Assembly (NCBI GenBank): GCA_004195305.1
Contig: SDWN01000923.1
Span: forward strand, 1-33,388
DNA: 33,388 bases
Direction: 5' to 3'
DNA from: Neptunomonas sp.
GTDB taxonomy: Bacteria > Pseudomonadota > Gammaproteobacteria > Pseudomonadales > Balneatricaceae
Below are positions 31,932-33,388 of this stretch, one piece after another. Both the position numbers and the translations under genes were made by a program. Under the pieces are notes generated by a model. The model had not been told where the DNA came from and did not search any database. It worked only from the letters and a program-made list of their open reading frames with translations. The stretch's first letter is position 1. Each line of letters starts with the position of its first letter.

Positions 31932-32605
31932 CAGGACTGAAGCTCCACTTGCGCCCGCAGTCCGTCGAGATCCTCGACCCGAATCGTGCCGCGCCCAAGC
32001 GTCACTAGCCCCTGGTGTTCGAAATGCTTAAGCTGACGACTGATCACCTCCCTGGCCGAACCCAGCTCGGTGGCCAGATCCTGATGGGTGATCTGCAGCT
32101 CGATCCGCTCACGCCCACGCTGGATCAGGTAACGCGCCAGGCGCAGGTCGATACGCTCAAACGCCAACTGCTGCACCAGCCCGATCAAGCTACTCAAGCG
32201 CGCACCGTAGGAGTGGAAGATAAATGACCGCAGCCCGTCAGAACGACTCAGCGCTTCTGCAAACTGGGTTCTGGGAATGGCGAAGGCCTGCACGTCGGTC
32301 TCGGTAATCCCTTCGGCAGGGTAGGTATCCTGCCCCAGTAGGCAGGCCGTTGTCAGCACACAGGTGCCGCACTCTTCAATCCGGTACAGCACGATTTCAC
32401 GCCCAGCTGGCGAACGCCCCACCACCTTGACGCAGCCCTTCACCACCAGCAGGTAGTTCTGACAGGAGTCTCCGACCCGAAACACTGACTGCCCGGCGGG
32501 GACGGTCAACAACCGCGCCTCGGCTAAAGTCTTGGTCCCGGCTGGGTCATCGATCTGGCTCAGCGCCGGGAAGGCCTGCTCTAGCAAGGGGTGTAGGCTG
32601 TTCAT
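31931..32605 (-). CDS. Crp/Fnr family transcriptional regulator
   Basis: cNMP-binding-like domain (VFRVGD...VKGCVKV...GREIVLY) and C-terminal HTH ITHQDLATELGSAREVISRQL. Confidence 0.93.
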   Translation of the reverse strand: MNSLHPLLEQAFPALSQIDDPAGTKTLAEARLLTVPAGQSVFRVGDSCQNYLLVVKGCVKVVGRSPAGREIVLYRIEECGTCVLTTACLLGQDTYPAEGITETDVQAFAIPRTQFAEALSRSDGLRSFIFHSYGARLSSLIGLVQQLAFERIDLRLARYLIQRGRERIELQITHQDLATELGSAREVISRQLKHFEHQGLVTLGRGTIRVEDLDGLRAQVELQS

Positions 32606-32907
32606 TATTTGTCCTGGGGGGGCTGGCGGCGCTGACGCACCAGCAGCATCACATAGCGGATGTTGTAAGCAAAGCCGATCAGCAATGCCAGGGCTGCGGT
32701 AATAAAAAACAGCAGCCCGATCCCGGCAGAGCCCAGATAGTTACTCGCCCAGAGGCTGAGAATACTGATCAGCGCCAGCGGGATACCCGTACGCATCATC
32801 AGTTTAAGGATGCGGTCATCTCGAATCTCCGGTTTGTCGCTGGCATCAGTAACCGGCTCGATGTTGTTATTGGACAGCGGGTCGGCTTTGTTTTTATTAC
32901 GGGACAT
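32605..32907 (-). CDS. Small hypothetical membrane protein with two predicted TM helices
   Basis: Two hydrophobic segments (GIPLALISILSLW; GIGLLFFITAALALLIGFAY) and a basic tail; its stop overlaps the Crp/Fnr start (TAATG). Start uncertain, 32907 or 32916. Confidence 0.75.
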   Translation of the reverse strand: MSRNKNKADPLSNNNIEPVTDASDKPEIRDDRILKLMMRTGIPLALISILSLWASNYLGSAGIGLLFFITAALALLIGFAYNIRYVMLLVRQRRQPPQDK

Positions 32908-33063
32908 GGAGAGCACTCAGTAGCGGTAAGTTCTGATTCTTGACCGCCATCCTACGTTTCGCGCCGGGGTGCAGCAAGGCGGCTGCGACCATGGTAGCAC
33001 TGAGCAACGGATGATCCTGTCACCACGACTGGCACAGGAGCAGAGGAATACTGCCGCTACGCC

Positions 33064-33092
33064 TTAACAGCTCTTCCCCCCCTTGCTAGAAT
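33064..33092 (+). promoter_or_regulatory. Candidate ilvD promoter
   Basis: TTAACA-17 nt-TAGAAT with a TGn extension. Confidence 0.6.
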
Positions 33093-33129
33093 AGCTCTCT
33101 CTACCTCAGCCGTTATCAAGGGAGCAGCC

Positions 33130-33388
33130 ATGCCTGTCTACCGTTCCAAGACATCTACCCACGGTCGTAACATGGCCGGCGCCCGCTCTCTCTGGCGCGC
33201 CACCGGGATGAAGGACGACGATTTCAACAAGCCGATCATTGCCGTTGCCAACTCCTTTACCCAGTTTGTCCCCGGTCACGTGCACCTCAAGGATATGGGC
33301 CAGCTGGTGGCACGGGAGATCGAAAAAGCCGGAGGGGTGGCGAAAGAGTTCAACACCATCGCCATCGATGACGGCATCGCCATGGGCC
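33130..33388 (+). CDS. ilvD: Dihydroxy-acid dehydratase, 5' part truncated by the window end; absent from the ORF track
   Basis: Hand translation [53 protein letters not shown]...[10 protein letters not shown]; SD GGAG upstream. Confidence 0.97.
   Translation, partial: MPVYRSKTSTHGRNMAGARSLWRATGMKDDDFNKPIIAVANSFTQFVPGHVHLKDMGQLVAREIEKAGGVAKEFNTIAIDDGIAMG

Noticed and set aside
32917-33129. Branched-chain amino acid attenuator or leader peptide before ilvD
   Set aside because: The predicted promoter leaves a leader of only about 30 nt, and I saw no Ile/Leu/Val-rich mini-ORF or terminator.

Overview
Core-genome region of a gammaproteobacterium; gene order and protein sequences suggest an Oceanospirillales/Pseudomonadales-like organism (inference). 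It holds an adenine deaminase-type gene, the complete S10-spc-alpha ribosomal protein superoperon (rpsJ to rplQ, including secY, rpoA and the 38-aa rpmJ missed by the ORF track), uvrA/ssb, an orphan RmlD-like gene, a moaA-acyltransferase-moaC-moaD-plsC cluster, fabA-fabB, ispB, rplU-rpmA-obgE-proB, a DsbA-family gene, a Crp/Fnr regulator with a small membrane protein, and the 5' end of ilvD. I found no rRNA, tRNA, CRISPR array, intact transposase or prophage. The most striking signal is non-coding: the rpsJ-rplC spacer holds a 51-nt ungapped, covarying look-alike of the 23S rRNA helix 18-19-20 junction (a uL4/uL24 binding site) just upstream of the rplC ribosome-binding site, a candidate rRNA-mimic autoregulatory element. 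That comparison uses an rRNA sequence recalled from memory and needs checking. Other points: a long structured rplN-rplX spacer, a promoter built into the rpsQ stop codon, a moa cluster interleaved with acyltransferases and lacking moaE, two tandem-repeat arrays flanking the DsbA gene, and an apparent GC-skew flip at the second array. All structures and counts were done by eye.
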